From Carpediemonas membranifera BICM (taxonomy: Eukaryota; Protista; Fornicata): a stretch of 64,000 bases of DNA. Positions 38,570 through 48,664 of the stretch are shown here, one piece after another (the first letter of the stretch is position 1; every line of letters begins with the position of its first letter). Location of the stretch: positions 88,209 through 152,208 of the forward strand of contig JAHDYR010000034.1 in the NCBI GenBank assembly GCA_019828565.1, written 5' to 3'. The translations under genes were made by a program, and so were the position numbers. The notes under the pieces were generated by a model. That model worked only from the letters and a program-made list of their open reading frames with translations. It had not been told where the DNA came from and made no database searches.

Positions 38570-41372
38570 CAACCTCTGTTCATCAATTCCCGTCGATGAA
38601 CGCGAGGTGGTGGTTATGGGAAAGGCTCGGCGCCTCGGACGAGGTGGTCGGCTGGCTCCGTCACGGCGTACCTATCAAGCTAACAGGCACTCCCCCGCCA
38701 CCCACGCCACAACGGCGCCTGGACCCACGGCTCACCCCAAAGCTCGACGAGATGGTCCGACTTGGCGTGATCTCACCCTGTACCAGCGGGCAACTCCGGC
38801 ACAGTGCCCCGCTCTTCGCGGTTGCAAAGGGCGAGCACGATGTACGCCCGGTACACGACCTACGCGACCTCAACGCAATCACTGCGGAGACGCGGGTCTT
38901 CCGGCTCTTCGGCCTAAAACGAGCAGTGCGCAACCTCAAGCGCAACGACTTCATGCTCAAGATCGACTTAGCCTCCGGCTACCACCAGATGGGTGTGGCT
39001 CCGACCGACTCCACGCTACTGGGGATCGTCCTCCCGAACGGGCAGGCGTACAGATACAACACACTAGGGTTCGGCTGGACCGCTGCCCCGTTCGTGTTCA
39101 AGTCTACGTCCATCCAGCTAGCAAAGATACTCGCGAACCGCTTCAACGTGACAATAGCGGTGTACCTCGACGACTTTCTCATCTCACATCGGTCACGTCG
39201 CCACCTAGCAGACGCCGCTCCCCAAATAGTCGCGCTCATGAGGTCGCTGGGAGCTATCCCAGGGCTCAACAAGTGCATCCTAACTCCCACACAACGCCTG
39301 GAGTACCTAGGAGTCACCATCAACACAGCCGCCGAGACACTGCAGATTTCCAAGGACAGAGCCGATCGCTATGCAACATCAATCGAGCAGGCCCTCAGGG
39401 CCGGCAGGATCGATGCAACCGAGTGGCAACGCCTACTAGGCCGCCTCTCGTTCTTCGCAAGTACGACACAGTTCGCCAGGCTCCAGCTCAGATCACTCCA
39501 GGCCCTACATCCCGCCTCGACGCTTCACATCTCGCAGCAGATGCGTCGCCAGCTCAACAGCTGGCTAGCGCTGCTCAGAGATCGTCCATCCAGACCCTTC
39601 GCTCAGGCCAGGGCAGACTGGGAGATCAAGGACGAACTCCAGCTCTCGGTCGCATCCGACGCGTCCTCCTTCGCGTGGGGCGCCTGCCTATTCAACGGCG
39701 ACCAGGGCCGCTCGGCTCAAGGCCGCTTTCCTCCCGAGTTCCGAGACTCTCATATCGGAGTCAAGGAGCTCTACGCGATTGGCCAGGCTATCAAGCTCAC
39801 CCCAACCCAGCGCACCAGGACCCAACTAGCTATCTTTTCGGACAACACCGCGGCCATCGCATGGGTCAACCGCCAGGGCTCCCCATGTCTCGCCGACACG
39901 GCCATTCGACTCCTGCAGGATATCTTCACCACGGCGAACACGAAGAATGTCGATATTCACTGCTTCCATATCGCAGGGCACCTCAATGTCCAGGCGGACC
40001 GGCTGTCGAGATTCGCAAAGCTCGATTGGCACTCACCCCGCGAGGTACTCGAGACGATAATGGCCAAGTGGGGTCCGGCGGAGATAGACGTCACTGCATC
40101 TCCGGACAAGAAGCTCGCACTGCCAGGATTCGTCAGGAAAGCTTGGTCCCTCGACGATCACGGCTTCCAGCGCTCCTGGACCGGCGCCAGGATCTATCTG
40201 GCTCCGCCGACAGCGCTTTTGGGAGCGGCACATCGTCGTCTGGAGAAGATTCGGACGCCTCAGACCCCGACTACGTCCCCTCGGACGTGGAGGTCAGCGG
40301 CAATACTCCTCTTCCCCGATCTCAACTCACCCGAAGTCAGAGCGCTGAAACGGCTGTCCCAACACAAGATGTATCTCAGAGTCCACTCCTCGCACATGCT
40401 CAACACGGAGCTATCCTGGACCGAGAGGCAAGGAAAGATCAGAATGATTGCGATGATCGTCAAGACCCGTTCGACGAACTCCTCCGCCACGACAGGCTAT
40501 CTCACTTCCGAAACGAGTCATCGCGCCGCTCAGCGGCTGGCTGGGTCTCTAAGTTCGTCCTATCGCGACAGGCAGCCCTCTCCGACGCCGAACAACTCAG
40601 AGCATTCCTCCTCGCTGAGGGCGAGACCACTGGCCCGCAGAGTATCCACAGAAAGGGCTACTGGATCTGTCAAGCGGCTCCACTCGTCTCCAACTGGCGA
40701 CCTCCGCCAGAAGCCAGGCAGATCATCAAGAGTGCGGAGAACGTAGCATCTCTCGACGGCCTAACAGGAGGCGCACTACCGGTGACCAGAGCCCAGGTCC
40801 GCAAGGTCGTCGACAGGCGACGCTCCTCACCGAAAGCGTTCCAGGTAGCGCTGTTCGCTGCACTTACATTCATCTCAGTCAGCCGGGGAGGCGAGATCTT
40901 CGGCCTGACGAGAGGCGACATCTCTTTCGATGAACAGGGCAACGCTATGCTCTGGTTCCCCCGCACCAAGACGGCCACGGGCATCCATAAGCTTATTCCT
41001 AACAGGTCATGGGACCGCTTCAACCCGGCAAGAGCCCTCAAGGCCTGGGTCCCAACTGCGACGCGACACAATTCCGACTCGATCTGGCGCATGATCGGTC
41101 CATCGGGAGGTATATCACTCACGTGTCCACTTGCAGCGTCCACCCTCCGCACATGGATCCACAGCGCCTTCGGCCCGAGCGTTTCATGGCACTCCTTCCG
41201 CAAGGGGGCAGCTACTGAGCTGGCAGTGGCCAACACAAACACGGAGGTCCTCCTTTCAATGGGCACGTGGTCATCTACGAAGAGCATGCTGAGGTACATG
41301 GGTAACGGGGTACGCACCCATCCAGGGGTCCAGGGTCACCTGGCCTCAATTCTACTACAACCACCACTCTAA
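38547..41372 (+). CDS. Y3 tyrosine recombinase (core from ~40470), frame open across RT
   Basis: SRGGE, RTKT, HSFRKG, GTW, LRY. Confidence 0.88.
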   Translation, partial: FTRRREHNNLCSSIPVDEREVVVMGKARRLGRGGRLAPSRRTYQANRHSPATHATTAPGPTAHPKARRDGPTWRDLTLYQRATPAQCPALRGCKGRARCTPGTRPTRPQRNHCGDAGLPALRPKTSSAQPQAQRLHAQDRLSLRLPPDGCGSDRLHATGDRPPERAGVQIQHTRVRLDRCPVRVQVYVHPASKDTREPLQRDNSGVPRRLSHLTSVTSPPSRRRSPNSRAHEVAGSYPRAQQVHPNSHTTPGVPRSHHQHSRRDTADFQGQSRSLCNINRAGPQGRQDRCNRVATPTRPPLVLRKYDTVRQAPAQITPGPTSRLDASHLAADASPAQQLASAAQRSSIQTLRSGQGRLGDQGRTPALGRIRRVLLRVGRLPIQRRPGPLGSRPLSSRVPRLSYRSQGALRDWPGYQAHPNPAHQDPTSYLFGQHRGHRMGQPPGLPMSRRHGHSTPAGYLHHGEHEECRYSLLPYRRAPQCPGGPAVEIRKARLALTPRGTRDDNGQVGSGGDRRHCISGQEARTARIRQESLVPRRSRLPALLDRRQDLSGSADSAFGSGTSSSGEDSDASDPDYVPSDVEVSGNTPLPRSQLTRSQSAETAVPTQDVSQSPLLAHAQHGAILDREARKDQNDCDDRQDPFDELLRHDRLSHFRNESSRRSAAGWVSKFVLSRQAALSDAEQLRAFLLAEGETTGPQSIHRKGYWICQAAPLVSNWRPPPEARQIIKSAENVASLDGLTGGALPVTRAQVRKVVDRRRSSPKAFQVALFAALTFISVSRGGEIFGLTRGDISFDEQGNAMLWFPRTKTATGIHKLIPNRSWDRFNPARALKAWVPTATRHNSDSIWRMIGPSGGISLTCPLAASTLRTWIHSAFGPSVSWHSFRKGAATELAVANTNTEVLLSMGTWSSTKSMLRYMGNGVRTHPGVQGHLASILLQPPL
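38596..40746 (+). CDS. Y3 RT-RNase H-degenerate methyltransferase
   Basis: IDLASGYHQ, YLDD, ASDAS..KEL..SDN..ADRLSR, WGPAEIDV..YLAPP. Confidence 0.92.
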   Translation: MNARWWLWERLGASDEVVGWLRHGVPIKLTGTPPPPTPQRRLDPRLTPKLDEMVRLGVISPCTSGQLRHSAPLFAVAKGEHDVRPVHDLRDLNAITAETRVFRLFGLKRAVRNLKRNDFMLKIDLASGYHQMGVAPTDSTLLGIVLPNGQAYRYNTLGFGWTAAPFVFKSTSIQLAKILANRFNVTIAVYLDDFLISHRSRRHLADAAPQIVALMRSLGAIPGLNKCILTPTQRLEYLGVTINTAAETLQISKDRADRYATSIEQALRAGRIDATEWQRLLGRLSFFASTTQFARLQLRSLQALHPASTLHISQQMRRQLNSWLALLRDRPSRPFAQARADWEIKDELQLSVASDASSFAWGACLFNGDQGRSAQGRFPPEFRDSHIGVKELYAIGQAIKLTPTQRTRTQLAIFSDNTAAIAWVNRQGSPCLADTAIRLLQDIFTTANTKNVDIHCFHIAGHLNVQADRLSRFAKLDWHSPREVLETIMAKWGPAEIDVTASPDKKLALPGFVRKAWSLDDHGFQRSWTGARIYLAPPTALLGAAHRRLEKIRTPQTPTTSPRTWRSAAILLFPDLNSPEVRALKRLSQHKMYLRVHSSHMLNTELSWTERQGKIRMIAMIVKTRSTNSSATTGYLTSETSHRAAQRLAGSLSSSYRDRQPSPTPNNSEHSSSLRARPLARRVSTERATGSVKRLHSSPTGDLRQKPGRSSRVRRT

Positions 41373-41944
41373 ATCACGACGGGAGTCGTGGGGCAGTGAC
41401 GATTAGCACGGTACCGACATTCTTGGACGCGAACCCACGAGGGGTTGGTCGGGGGGCCCACTTGCGTGCCTGTGGGCCAACCATTGTTAGCACGTTGCCG
41501 GCGGGATATCCCCGTTGGTTAATGAAAAGAATGTCATGAGGCTAGGATAGCTAGCTGGCGCTACATCGTCAGTAAGGTTACCTCGGGTAACGGGCCCGGA
41601 GCGGAGGGCGATGTGATAGCCTCACTCCGGGCAAAAGGTGTTTCGCCGGTCAGGCGAGTCACGCAGTTTATGCGGACAGAATGGCGCAAGGTTCGGATCC
41701 GCCGGATCCGACGGCACGGTACCAGTTACGACTGGTATACTCCTTCTCCCTCGGTAAGCGGAGAGGACTTCACGTTTAACTTACACTAGCTTCCTCGTTA
41801 ACATTGTGTAAATTAAGCGCCCCCCCGTTGGTTAATGAAAAGAATGTCATGAGGCTAGGATAGCTAGCATGGCGAGTACCACTCGAGCCCATTGGCACCC
41901 GGGGTGCTGAGACGCCCGAGAGGGCGCACGGAAACGTGCAGTTT

Positions 41945-42517
41945 ATGGCATCAGAATTTCGAATGCCCGAAGGCACATCGGGCACGTCCGCAGAACCTCC
42001 TGTATCCCAGGAAGAGTTCCGAAAGTTTACCAACAACGTAACTGCCACATTGGAGTTCATGAAAACGAAGATGGAGAACATCGAGGAAAGATCCATCCAG
42101 AGGGAGGTAGAACAAGAAGAGTACGAGCTAGAAACCGATGAGCAAGCAACCCAGGGAACCTTCCAAGGCTTTCCGTCCTTCTTGTTCGATTTGGAGCTCC
42201 CCAAGAGGTACGAGCCCCGCGACGAAGCCAAGTTCCTACGCGAGATCATGCGTCTCCTGACGACCGCGGACCCGCACTCACTCGACGTGAACGATCTACT
42301 GCTCCGTCTCCTGAGCCGGTTCAAGGTCCTTCTCCTCAAGGACGACTACGACGACAACGTCTGTGACTACGCCACTGCAGCCCTGCGAGCCACGCCCCCG
42401 AAGTCTGAGATGGAGATCGAGACAATCCTCGCTAAGGCCAAGACTAAGGGCAAGCGTAAGCGTCGGAATTTTCAGGAGCAGGGCTCCAGCAGCGTCGGCC
42501 GCCGGGCCCGCTCCTAA
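41945..42517 (+). CDS. Y4 gag-like ORF1
   Basis: LELPKRYEPRDEAKFL..LLKDDYDD..AKAKTKG. Confidence 0.8.
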   Translation: MASEFRMPEGTSGTSAEPPVSQEEFRKFTNNVTATLEFMKTKMENIEERSIQREVEQEEYELETDEQATQGTFQGFPSFLFDLELPKRYEPRDEAKFLREIMRLLTTADPHSLDVNDLLLRLLSRFKVLLLKDDYDDNVCDYATAALRATPPKSEMEIETILAKAKTKGKRKRRNFQEQGSSSVGRRARS

Positions 42518-42546
42518 TATTCCCATCAACCCGTTCGCGATGGCGG

Positions 42547-44449
42547 GTGTGGGAACAATTCAGGGTAGCTCCAGCAGTAGTAGCGCGGGTACGAGACGGA
42601 ATCCCCGTCGAGATCACAGCGCCTCCACCACCGGCAGCCCCACAGAGGACCATCGACCCGAGGATACTTCCGAAGCTCGAATCAATGACACAACAAGGAA
42701 TCATCGAGCCGACGCTCCTCAGTCAGCTCAAGCACAGCGCCCCGCTGTTTGCTGTCCCCAAGGGGGAAGACATAAGAGTGATCCACGACCTGAGGCGGCT
42801 GAACACGGTCACACGCGAACGCCGCTCCTTCCGTCTGTTCGGCATACGTCGTGCCATCAACACACTCTCCAGCCAGGCCTGGATGGCCAAGATAGACCTA
42901 AGATCCGGCTACTCACAGCTGGCCATCAGAGACTCGGACAAACCGCTCCTGGGCATCGCGCTGCCCGACGGTCGGGCGTTCCAATACCGCACGCTAGGCT
43001 TCGGTTGGACCGCCGCGCCTTATTTCTTCCAGTCCGCTATGGTCCAGGTAGCAAAGGTCATCGCCCTCCGCCACAAGGTAATCGTCAACGTCTACCTCGA
43101 CGACTTCTTACTGTCAGCCGACAGCAGAGACCACCTCAGCAAGGAAATACCCAAGATCATCAAGACGATGGAGGCACTGGGCCTCATCCCGTCGCTGGAG
43201 AAGTGCATCTTAACACCGTGCCAGTGCATAGAATTCCTTGGCCTGCTCCTGAACACCACGTCCAACACCATCCGTCTCCCCGCCGACAAGGCCAAGAGGT
43301 ACGCAGAGGCCCTATCAGAAGCACTCGTCAAGAAGCGCATCCGCGCGAAAGACTGGGCGAAGATCGTAGGCAAGCTCTCCTTCTTCGCCACCTCTGCAAG
43401 ACGGGCTACCCTGAAGCTCCGCACGCTCCCCTCTGCCACGGAGAACTGGGTCGACATCCACCCCTACACAGCAGACCTCAAGGAGTGGCTGCAGCTCCTG
43501 GCCGTCCGACCAACCCGCTCCTTCGCCGAGTTGAAGAACCTATGGTCTCAGGACCAGCAAGTAGAGCTGATTATTTCCACAGATGCGTCGGGCACAGGCT
43601 GGGGAGCCCAGTGGACCAACACGTCCGCGAACTCCCACGGTTCTTTCAAGGGCGCACTGGCGGAACAATCTATCAACGTGAAGGAGCTCGCCGCAGTCCT
43701 CTTTGGCTCACGCATCATACCAGCACAGGACTCAGAGCGCAATCTCACGGTCTTCTCAGACAACAGCTCGGGCGTCGCCTGGATCAACAAGGAGGGCAGC
43801 TCAAAGGCCCCCCCGATGGCGCTACAGACACTCAGGATACTCTACAAGGAGATGGAACGCAAGAAGCTCCTCATACACGCTCGACACACCCGAGGCCACC
43901 TCAATCTCGCCGCAGACCGACTGTCACGCGGGTTGTCCACCCCACCCCACGTGCTGGAGACAATTCTCGAGACTTGGGGGCCCCGTCGACGTGGACGCTA
44001 CAGCACACCCAGACCGCACTCTACGCCTCCCAGGGTTTACCATCGAACACTGGCCGGACGGCCTGTTCAGGGACTGGCGCGGACACCGCGTTTATGCCGC
44101 GCCACACCCGTCCCCGATGACCTTGGGACGGACATGGCAGACCCTCCTACCGATCTTAACGACCCCGACTACATCCCCTCCGAACTCGTGGACCTCAGCA
44201 TGCTTCCTCGTCGTGCCAGACATTACGAGCCCCGAACTCCAACAACTCAAGGCGCACGCGACATGCAAGATTCCCTTCTCAGTACCGAAAGACGACTTCG
44301 CATCAGAGGACCAACAACTCCTAGACCGTCTCTCCAGGCCAAACGGGACCATCCGCTTCATAGCTCTCGCCTTCAGGACACGTTCTCCAGAATCCTGCAG
44401 CACCCAATACTGTCTCACATGCGCCGAGACGAGTCCAAGCGCTCAGTAG
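42547..44449 (+). CDS. Y4 RT-RNase H-MT remnant (frameshift at ~43980)
   Basis: IDLRSGYSQ, YLDD, STDAS..KEL..SDN..ADRLSR; the tail continues in the 43703-44449 frame. Confidence 0.88.
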
Positions 44450-45281
44450 CCGGATGGATTACAGCATTCTTGAGTACCGCGACCCACACGAGGACGACAC
44501 CGATGAGTACCGAGCCTTCCTGGAGGACGAGGCCGAGTATAATGCACCAGCCACGGTCGATCGAAAGGGATACTGGATCGAGAAGGCCGCCCCACTCTTT
44601 TCCGACTGGACCCCCAGCACCTACTGTCCACAAATCAGAAGAGGCATAGCAGACAACGCCAACACCACCGGCATGACAGGCGGGTCAGCCCCAGTCACAA
44701 GGGAGGACATGATCAGGGCCATCAAGTCCAGGAACAGCGACATCGCGACGTACCAAGCGACACTATTCGCCGCGATTGCTTACCTGACCGTGAGCCGCGG
44801 AGCTGAAATCTTCAACCTGACGAGCGCTGACATCGTGTTCAAGGCAAACGGGGACGCCCAGCTGCTCCTTGGTCGCACAAAGACGCTTGCAAAGGTCACT
44901 AAGTCACTACCCAACACCCTACTAGGCCCATTCAACCCAGCGCTGGCCCTGAAGAGATGGGTACGAGGCTTGAACCTTCCACCGGACGCCTGCATCTGGC
45001 GCGCGATCACATCCTCATCGAAGGTCAGCCGTAAGACCCCGTGCACAATGCGACGTATGCGAGAGGAGCTACGCACAGTCTTCCACGACAACAGGATTGG
45101 CCTACACAGCTTCCGCAAGGGAGCGGCTTCCGAACTGGCACTAGCAGGCACACCGATAGAGACCTTACTCCAACTCGGAACCTGGGCTAACGGCAACTCT
45201 CTCCGGCCTTACATCGGGGAGGCTATCCGCAACCACCCTCGTCAAACCCGACAAACTGCAAACACCCTGTTCCCATTCTAA
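44370..45281 (+). CDS. Y4 tyrosine recombinase (frameshift at ~44470)
   Basis: SRGAE, RTKT, HSFRKG, GTW, RPY. Confidence 0.88.
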   Translation, partial: PSGHVLQNPAAPNTVSHAPRRVQALSSRMDYSILEYRDPHEDDTDEYRAFLEDEAEYNAPATVDRKGYWIEKAAPLFSDWTPSTYCPQIRRGIADNANTTGMTGGSAPVTREDMIRAIKSRNSDIATYQATLFAAIAYLTVSRGAEIFNLTSADIVFKANGDAQLLLGRTKTLAKVTKSLPNTLLGPFNPALALKRWVRGLNLPPDACIWRAITSSSKVSRKTPCTMRRMREELRTVFHDNRIGLHSFRKGAASELALAGTPIETLLQLGTWANGNSLRPYIGEAIRNHPRQTRQTANTLFPF

Positions 45282-45567
45282 CACCATAAACCATCGCACC
45301 GGAGGCCGTCAAGGAGACGCCCGGTCCAGCCGAAAGCAGCAAGGAGCTGCTGGCACTTGAGGCAGGCATGGAGCCGCCATACTCCACTGTAATTACTCTA
45401 CTTACCTCAGATCTGCGGACGGTGTTCCCCTTTGGGAGTATGAGTTAGGTGGCTAGCCTAGTCTAGCTAGTCTAGCGCGGGATACCTCCTGTCACAGGAC
45501 CATCACTGGCACCTGCGCGCGCCGATCAATGTGCACTTTAGGTCACACTTCGAAACGCATCGGCAGG

Positions 45568-47789
45568 ATGTCTGATAACGAAGACCTGCCGCCGCAAGAC
45601 AGTCCCGATGAGCTTAACAAGCGTATCGAGAAGCTGGAGCGCTTGGTTAAGATACAATCGGAAGCAATTTTGGAGCAGCAAGCAGAAGCAGCTCGCCGTC
45701 CACTGTTCCTGGAGATGCCAAAGAGGTTCGGCCTCGAAGATGAGGCCAGATTCGTATACAAGACCATGAATAGGATCGAGAACGGCGCAAAGATGAAGGA
45801 GATCGGGAACATTCTCTTTGCAAGAATCCAGTACCTTCTAATCAAGGACGTGTACACTGACGCTACTGCAGAGCGGTTCGAGAACTATTGCAAGGCGAAG
45901 GGCGTGCCTGATCGCGACGAGGTCCTGGAACTGGCGGCCCGCGCCAAGTCTAAGGGCGATAAGCGCGACGCTAATTTTTCGCCGCGGTGGCCGCGCTCAG
46001 GACCGAGGTCGCACTCAGGCAGGATCCTCCGGCAAGAGAGCCCACACCTAACCCTCTTTCCATGCATGAACGCGGCGTGGAGGGAGTGGCAGAGGTTGGG
46101 AGCATCACAACGGGTGATCAACTGGTTACGATACGGGGTCGAGATCCGTCTGAGAAGTCAACCACCAGCACCAAGGCAACAGCCGACAGTCGACCCATTC
46201 ATTGTCCAGCAGATTCCTTCCTTGATAGAGACAGGCGTCATAGAGCAAGTGAATCCCTCTTCCCTGCGACACACCGCCTCGCTGTTTACTGTGCCGAAGG
46301 GCGAGTCGAAGAGGATCATTCACAACCTCACGATACTGAACGACTGCTCGGCAGAGCGCTCATCCTTCCGGCTCTACGGTCTGCGCAGAGCTCTCTCCCT
46401 TCTCCAGAGGGGCGACTGGATGGTCAAGTTCGACCTCAAGTCCGGGTACCATCAAGTACCAGTACGGAAGGAGGACCGCAAGCTGCTAGGAGTCTATCTT
46501 CCAGACGGACGAGCGTTTCAGTACAGAGTGCTAGGCTTCGGCTGGCGCGCATCGCCGTTCGTGTTTCAGACGATCACCAACCAACTCGCCAAGATACTAG
46601 CCCTTCGGACGGGTCTTACCATCGTTGTCTACCTCGACGACTTCCTCTTATTTCACCGCGACCGAGAAATCCTGAGGAGGGCGGTGCCGCGCATCAGGCG
46701 GACTCTAGCCGACCTCTGTGTCCTCACCTCAGAGGAGAAGTCAGAATGGGCACCGACTCAGTCATTGGTCTATCTGGGGCTCGTGATAGACTCCGCGAGT
46801 TTTACAATAATGAGACTTGGGCCAAGATCCTCGGGAGACTGACTTACTTCGCTACAACCGCCCACGGGGCTTTCCTCCGGCTGAGACACCTTCAACAGGA
46901 CCCACTCTCCAAGGAGCTACTGCAAGAGTGGCTGCTACTGCTAAGAGAGCGCCCAGTCCGAGACATCAGAGAACTTCAGTCGCTTTGGGGCGCTCACCCC
47001 TCCCTAGACCTCGTCGTATCGACAGACGCATCTGGAGTCAAGTGGGGAGCAGCCGTGCACGGCGAGTATGGGACCTCAGCCTCGGGCACGTTCACTCCAG
47101 AACTAAGAGCAGAATCTATCAACGTGAAGGAGCTCGCGGGAATCCTACAGGGCATCCGTCTGATCGGCAGACAGAGTTCCCAACGCGAGCTATCGATCTT
47201 CTCAGACAACACATCAGCTCTGGCCTGGCTCAACAAGGCGGGGTCTACGAAGGCTCCACCTCAGGCCCTGCACATTCTAGCCCAGATCCAGAAGGAGGCG
47301 GAGGACCGGAACCTGACACTCCGTGGACTACACACTCCGGGCATCATCAACCTGGCAGCAGATCGGCTGTCCAGAGGCTTCTCACGACTCCCTTCCTCTC
47401 TGGAGTCCAGCATGGAATCTGTCCTCGCGGAGTGGGGTCCAGTCCAGACAGTCTCAACGGACGTAGACGTAAGGCTTGGATGTCGCGTCCTCTGGGCCCC
47501 CAATTCGTCTATGGCAGCCATAGTCCAGAAGATAGCGACAGCGAGAGTTCAGACTCAGACTGGACACCCGAGGTCCTGGACCTCAGCAGTCTTTCTCCTC
47601 TACCCAGAGGTTCAAGCGCCGGAGATGAGACTCCTCAAGAGTTGGACGTCCTGGAAACTCCATCTCTCCGTCCCGGCTTCGAGCTCAGATCTGGCCCACC
47701 TACTTCACCTACAGGACAGAGGACGCCTACGGTTCAATGTGATGGCGTTCAGGACGTTTTCCACAGAGTCCTCAGGTCGGACAGAGTGA
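45568..47789 (+). pseudogene. Y5 gag + RT (in frame to ~46810) + RNase H (next frame); internal deletion in the RT thumb
   Basis: FDLKSGYHQ, YLDD, STDAS..KEL..SDN..ADRLSR. About 20 codons are missing after ASFTI relative to sister elements. Confidence 0.85.
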
Positions 47790-48664
47790 TTCACCTTAAT
47801 CACGCGTCTGCTCGGACGGTGGCCGGCTGGGTGGCCAGGTTTGAAGGCTCTCGCGATCGCAGCCTGTCGGATCGAGACCAGCTTGTAGCCTTCCTCAAGG
47901 ACGAAGGCTCCTTCTGCGGGCCATCGAACGTGGCGAGGAAGGGCTACTGGATTGTTCAGCTACAGGAGTTCCTCAAAGACTGGCATCCGCCCGCCAACTC
48001 CAAGTACATCGTTAAGCAGGCGGCTAAGGGCGCCAGCACGGCGGGAACTACCGGCGGCTCGCGCGCCATCACCAAGGCTGAGATGATCGAGGCACTGGGG
48101 CGCCGGAGTGACGACTTTGAGTCATATCAGGCATGTCTCTTTGGGGCAGTCGCCTATCTGACGGTGTCCAGAGGCATCGAGATACTCTCCCTATGCCCGG
48201 CCGACCTGGAGCTACTCAAGAACGGCGACATTCTCCTACACATTCAGCGGACCAAGACCATCCTAACGGGAGTTAAGAAGCGCGTACCATACGTATGGCT
48301 ATCAGCCGCCTTCAACCCGGCCTTGGCACTTAGACGCTGGGTCGAGGGCACACACTACCTGGCTGATGACACCCCCATCTGGCGAGTCATAGTCAACGGG
48401 CGCCTGAGCAGAGACAAACCGCTCACAGCCGCACACCTCCGACGAGTCGTGAAGGCGTTGTTCGGTCCACGGACGGGTCTCCACAGCTTCCGTAAGGGGG
48501 CAGCGTCGGAGATGGCTCTATCAGGAGTCCCGCTGGAGGTGATCCTCTCAATGGGCACATGGAAGGACGTCACCTCCCTCCGCAGCTATGTCGCTGACGC
48601 CATCAGAACAAACGAGGACCTCACCAGGAGGATGAACCTCAGCCTTCTCGGGCCCCACTTTTAA
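46817..48664 (+). CDS. Y5 tyrosine recombinase (core from ~47750)
   Basis: SRGIE, RTKT, HSFRKG, GTW, RSY. Confidence 0.88.
   Translation: MGQDPRETDLLRYNRPRGFPPAETPSTGPTLQGATARVAATAKRAPSPRHQRTSVALGRSPLPRPRRIDRRIWSQVGSSRARRVWDLSLGHVHSRTKSRIYQREGARGNPTGHPSDRQTEFPTRAIDLLRQHISSGLAQQGGVYEGSTSGPAHSSPDPEGGGGPEPDTPWTTHSGHHQPGSRSAVQRLLTTPFLSGVQHGICPRGVGSSPDSLNGRRRKAWMSRPLGPQFVYGSHSPEDSDSESSDSDWTPEVLDLSSLSPLPRGSSAGDETPQELDVLETPSLRPGFELRSGPPTSPTGQRTPTVQCDGVQDVFHRVLRSDRVIHLNHASARTVAGWVARFEGSRDRSLSDRDQLVAFLKDEGSFCGPSNVARKGYWIVQLQEFLKDWHPPANSKYIVKQAAKGASTAGTTGGSRAITKAEMIEALGRRSDDFESYQACLFGAVAYLTVSRGIEILSLCPADLELLKNGDILLHIQRTKTILTGVKKRVPYVWLSAAFNPALALRRWVEGTHYLADDTPIWRVIVNGRLSRDKPLTAAHLRRVVKALFGPRTGLHSFRKGAASEMALSGVPLEVILSMGTWKDVTSLRSYVADAIRTNEDLTRRMNLSLLGPHF

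Larger units (their letters stand above)
37891..41868 (+). mobile_element. Complete YR retrotransposon Y3 with split direct repeats
   Basis: A1 37891-38051 = A2 41556-41716; B1 41510-41555 = B2 41823-41868; no TSD. Confidence 0.95.
41875..45458 (+). mobile_element. YR retrotransposon Y4 (A1-ORFs-B1; no A2-B2)
   Basis: gag 41945-42517, RT-RH from ~42520, YR ending 45281, B 45427-45458. Confidence 0.9.

Noticed and set aside
38016-41372. 1118-aa natural Gag-YR fusion ORF in Y3
   Set aside because: Adding one G to the run at ~38540 gives MGGFHKKKRT*, matching the Y1 gag end GGFHKKHKK*. The fusion is most likely a 1-bp deletion or sequencing error, although the long open overlapping frame itself is real.
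41829-41845. TGG at the start of B repeats as a tRNA primer-binding site
   Set aside because: The sequences after TGG differ between families, do not look like tRNA 3'-end complements, and do not match the local tRNA-Tyr.
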